This document shows positions 63,869 through 64,000 of a DNA stretch of 64,000 nt, in pieces (positions within the stretch are counted from its first letter, which is position 1; every line of letters starts with the position of its first letter). This DNA is from a virus. The DNA lies in the IMG/VR virus record IMGVR_UViG_3300025133_000055, positions 1-64,000 of that record; one strand, written 5' to 3'. The position numbers and the translations under genes were made by a program. A model generated the notes under the pieces. That model saw nothing but the letters and a program-made list of their open reading frames with translations, searched no databases and had not been told where the DNA came from.

Positions 63869-64000
63869 ATGAAGCTTACAAAAAAATATTTAAGAAAATT
63901 TATTAAAGAGGAACTGGCCAAGGTCGTAGAAGACGAAGCTCACAATCCACTGGCAGCGCGCAACACCCTAATGAGGGATCTTGGCGCAGGTGAGGCTACT
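63869..64000 (+). CDS. leader-bearing protein (partial, runs off the window)
   Basis: MKLTKKYLRKFIKEELAKVVE. Confidence 0.7.
   Translation, partial: MKLTKKYLRKFIKEELAKVVEDEAHNPLAARNTLMRDLGAGEAT

Noticed and set aside
1-64000. Stop-codon reassignment as in some jumbo phages
   Set aside because: Core genes are full length in the standard code and use TAA, TAG and TGA as stops.

Overview
This window is 64 kb of a large, probably jumbo, tailed (myovirus-like) bacteriophage genome. Essentially all credible genes lie on the + strand in standard code. (1) 1-4.7 kb: end of a baseplate module. (2) 4.7-35 kb: replication, nucleotide and proteostasis genes: truncated family-A polymerase, divergent tubulin/FtsZ-like protein, gp32-like SSB, RecA, 5'-3' exonuclease, DnaB-like helicase, class II RNR, GroES, DnaE, PurA, an endonuclease + C5-methylase pair, two more DNA methylases, dUTPase, IMPDH/GMPR, ClpP and GroEL. 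Many follow consensus sigma70 promoters. (3) 35-42 kb: accessory genes, including lipoproteins, a Nudix hydrolase and a nucleotidyltransferase. (4) 42.3-54.7 kb: a probable early region with about 20 small paralogous beta-barrel-like ORFs, a zinc-knuckle protein, a MoxR/VWA pair and a candidate structured ncRNA. It is driven by seven copies of an unusual 55-bp promoter with three phased TTGACA hexamers. (5) 54.7-55.6 kb: a non-coding array of the same TTGACA triplets inside covarying inverted repeats, ending in a G/C homopolymer tract. (6) 55.6-64 kb: probable late genes behind a phage-specific AACTATTTATA motif. Many share a conserved N-terminal leader (MK(I/L)TKxQL+xII+EE) on unrelated bodies. 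An HNH-recombinase-domain gene, a second ClpP, a cytochrome c and a radical SAM gene are interspersed. Functional calls rest on motif recognition by eye; no database search was run.
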